Shown: piece by piece, positions 23,918 through 25,715 of the stretch
Layout of the letters: the number at the start of each line of letters is the position of its first letter
Numbering within the stretch: position 1 is the stretch's first letter
Virus record (IMG/VR): IMGVR_UViG_3300025264_000101
Location: 1 to 25,715 of that record
Length of the DNA stretch: 25,715 nucleotides
Direction: 5' to 3' (one strand)
Source of the DNA: a virus
Lineage: Duplodnaviria > Caudoviricetes
Translations under genes and position numbers: made by a program
Notes under the pieces: model-generated
The model's input: the letters and a program-made list of their open reading frames with translations, nothing else
Databases searched by the model: none
Told to the model about the DNA's origin: nothing

Positions 23918-25715
23918 CTAAACCACCGCCTTAATATTGGTGCCCTGTTCACCAATCTTGTTAGCCAACTTGATACCTTGCAGCCGCGCTTCGTTTTCAA
24001 GCTCGGCCTGCTTGAGTTGCATTTCCATCTGCAATTTTTCTCTGGCCAACTGGATGTCGGCTTCCATTTTCTCGCGCTTGATCTGGATGTCGGCTTCGGC
24101 CTTGGCCTTATCGATCTCAACCGCAGCCATGGCGGCTTGCGCCATCGGGTCGGGCTGTTGCTCTTGCTGGCCCATCTGTTGCGCGACTTCCGGCGGCACG
24201 TCGTTAAAGAACTGTCCAGCGTCCTTGAAGCCAGCAGCCTCGACCATTTTGCGCAGGGTGCCGACATATTGATTGACGCCCACGACCGGATTGGCTGGGC
24301 CGAGTGTTTGCAATAACTGTTCTTGCTTGCCAGCGATCTGTGCGAGTAACGCTAATTTTTGATCTTGTTGTGTGGTGCCCAGGCCGACATTCACGATCAG
24401 ATCGAAACCGGAGGTCCACTCGCGTGGGTCCATTTCCACATAATTGTTAGTGAGTCTGATGATCTGCGGGGCATCCTGATAGTGGGTAACCAGACGTAGG
24501 ATGCCTTTGAACAGGTCGCGGAAGCCCGTTTCGGCAAATACCCTGGCGATCTGTTCAACTTTGCACTGGGCTGCGCTGACTGTGGCTGCGACTGCCGTGG
24601 CCGTAGTTGACTGCAATGCGTCAGGGTCTAAGCCCATAGAGGCTTTGCTGATCCCGGTGCGGGTCTCGCGCACGTTGTCGAGGTATTCCAGCAACGGGAA
24701 TGTGGACTGCCAGACCGGCTGTATCGGCAACGGCTGCACCATGCCCGGTGCGCGGACTCTCACTATGTTGCCGGGCCGGTTCTCCATCAGGTCGCTGATA
24801 TTGACTTGGCCCTCGACCGCCATCACTCGCGGATTTGTAGATTGGTAAGCACCATCCATGATCTGCCGCAGTACCGTGGACTTGATCAACTGCAAGTCTT
24901 GCGTGTCGTCGGTGACCGACCGGCCAACCAGGCGGTGCGGGATCAAATGTGGCGTTAATGTGGCAAAAGGTAGTTGGTCAAATGGCTCGTCTTCTAAAAT
25001 CTCGCGGCCCGCGCCGACGCAGAAGAAGCGCCGCAACTCGCTGACGCCCGTGCCGTCGTCTACTTTCATATAGGCTTCAACGCACTCGACCTCGCGCCTG
25101 CTTGGGTCGATAGTGCTGTCGCCGCCACCACTCGATAAATCTTGAAAGCGGGCCGTCACCTCCTCGCTCATGTTGCTCTCTTCGCCGCCGCTATACCGCT
25201 CGATGTCGTCGCGGTCGTAACCCATGGTGATCAGTTCGCTGACGCTCATCATGCGGCGGTGGCCGACGAAGTCCGCATCTTCCAGGGACTTCGCGTGGCG
25301 TGAATACAGAAACTCTTCGGGCGGCACGTTCTCCAGAACGCACTGGCCGTTTTCCAACTTGGTTCTGATTTTGACTGAATAGGTTGGCGGCAGGGCCTGC
25401 GCCATATCGCCGTATTCCTCGTCGGCCTCGTTGTCGGCGTAACCGCCGTAACCGATTTCCTGTTCAAGGATCTCGACCTTGGGGTCGTTGACCAGCATGG
25501 CCAGTTGGTTCTCGGTCAGGCCGTCGTAGGATTCGGGGCCGTCAAATTCCGGGTCACGCCAGTAGAACTTGACCACGCCAAGGCGGAACACCAGGGCGTC
25601 GTGCATCCAGTTCTGGATGACCTTGTAGCCGGGGTTCTGGTCGGTCACGATCCAGTTAACGTATTCGCTGGCTTGCTTGGCGGCGTCTTCGTCTTCAGGG
25701 TGGCGCGGCTGAAAG
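23918..25715 (-). CDS. Portal protein, P22-like (5' end outside the window)
   Basis: Frame is open to the right edge (FQPRHPEDEDAAKQASEYVNW). Motifs DALVFRLGVVK, ENVPPEEF, DLQLIKSTVLRQ, RETRTGIS, ARVFAETG, VNVGLG, then a Gln-rich barrel. Confidence 0.9.
   Translation of the reverse strand, partial: FQPRHPEDEDAAKQASEYVNWIVTDQNPGYKVIQNWMHDALVFRLGVVKFYWRDPEFDGPESYDGLTENQLAMLVNDPKVEILEQEIGYGGYADNEADEEYGDMAQALPPTYSVKIRTKLENGQCVLENVPPEEFLYSRHAKSLEDADFVGHRRMMSVSELITMGYDRDDIERYSGGEESNMSEEVTARFQDLSSGGGDSTIDPSRREVECVEAYMKVDDGTGVSELRRFFCVGAGREILEDEPFDQLPFATLTPHLIPHRLVGRSVTDDTQDLQLIKSTVLRQIMDGAYQSTNPRVMAVEGQVNISDLMENRPGNIVRVRAPGMVQPLPIQPVWQSTFPLLEYLDNVRETRTGISKASMGLDPDALQSTTATAVAATVSAAQCKVEQIARVFAETGFRDLFKGILRLVTHYQDAPQIIRLTNNYVEMDPREWTSGFDLIVNVGLGTTQQDQKLALLAQIAGKQEQLLQTLGPANPVVGVNQYVGTLRKMVEAAGFKDAGQFFNDVPPEVAQQMGQQEQQPDPMAQAAMAAVEIDKAKAEADIQIKREKMEADIQLAREKLQMEMQLKQAELENEARLQGIKLANKIGEQGTNIKAVV

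Noticed and set aside
1-25715. tRNA or rRNA genes, and further introns in other genes
   Set aside because: By eye I found no cloverleaf or T-loop signatures in the few intergenic gaps, and the other genes are continuous ORFs with no P/Q/R/S motifs. A covariance scan was not run.

Overview
This window is about 25.7 kb of a temperate, P22-like podovirus genome, probably infecting an alphaproteobacterium. It appears to be in the free (attP-intact) form. From left to right it carries a C5 DNA methyltransferase (cut by the window edge), a DUF6378 gene, RusA, a cro/cI switch with operators, small early genes, a PD-(D/E)XK exonuclease, an SSB-like gene, xis/int, a candidate attP and a 3-gene accessory cassette. 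The rest is a minus-strand late operon: portal (cut by the window edge), scaffold, major capsid, adaptor, tail hub, ejection proteins, tail fibre and lysis genes. The main finding is that the major capsid gene (19404-21099, minus) is split into four exons by three short, ORF-less group I introns of 247, 263 and 241 nt. Each has the P/Q/R/S core, a P1 U-G wobble at the 5' splice site, a terminal G and a P10 pairing. Removing them gives one continuous 314-aa capsid ORF. Secondary findings: a second reading frame open for at least 795 nt inside the methyltransferase gene, a dif-like palindromic site flanked by IHF boxes next to a short integrase, three apparently leaderless promoters in the genetic switch, and a structured intergenic element after cI. 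All protein family calls come from motif recognition and gene order, not from database searches.
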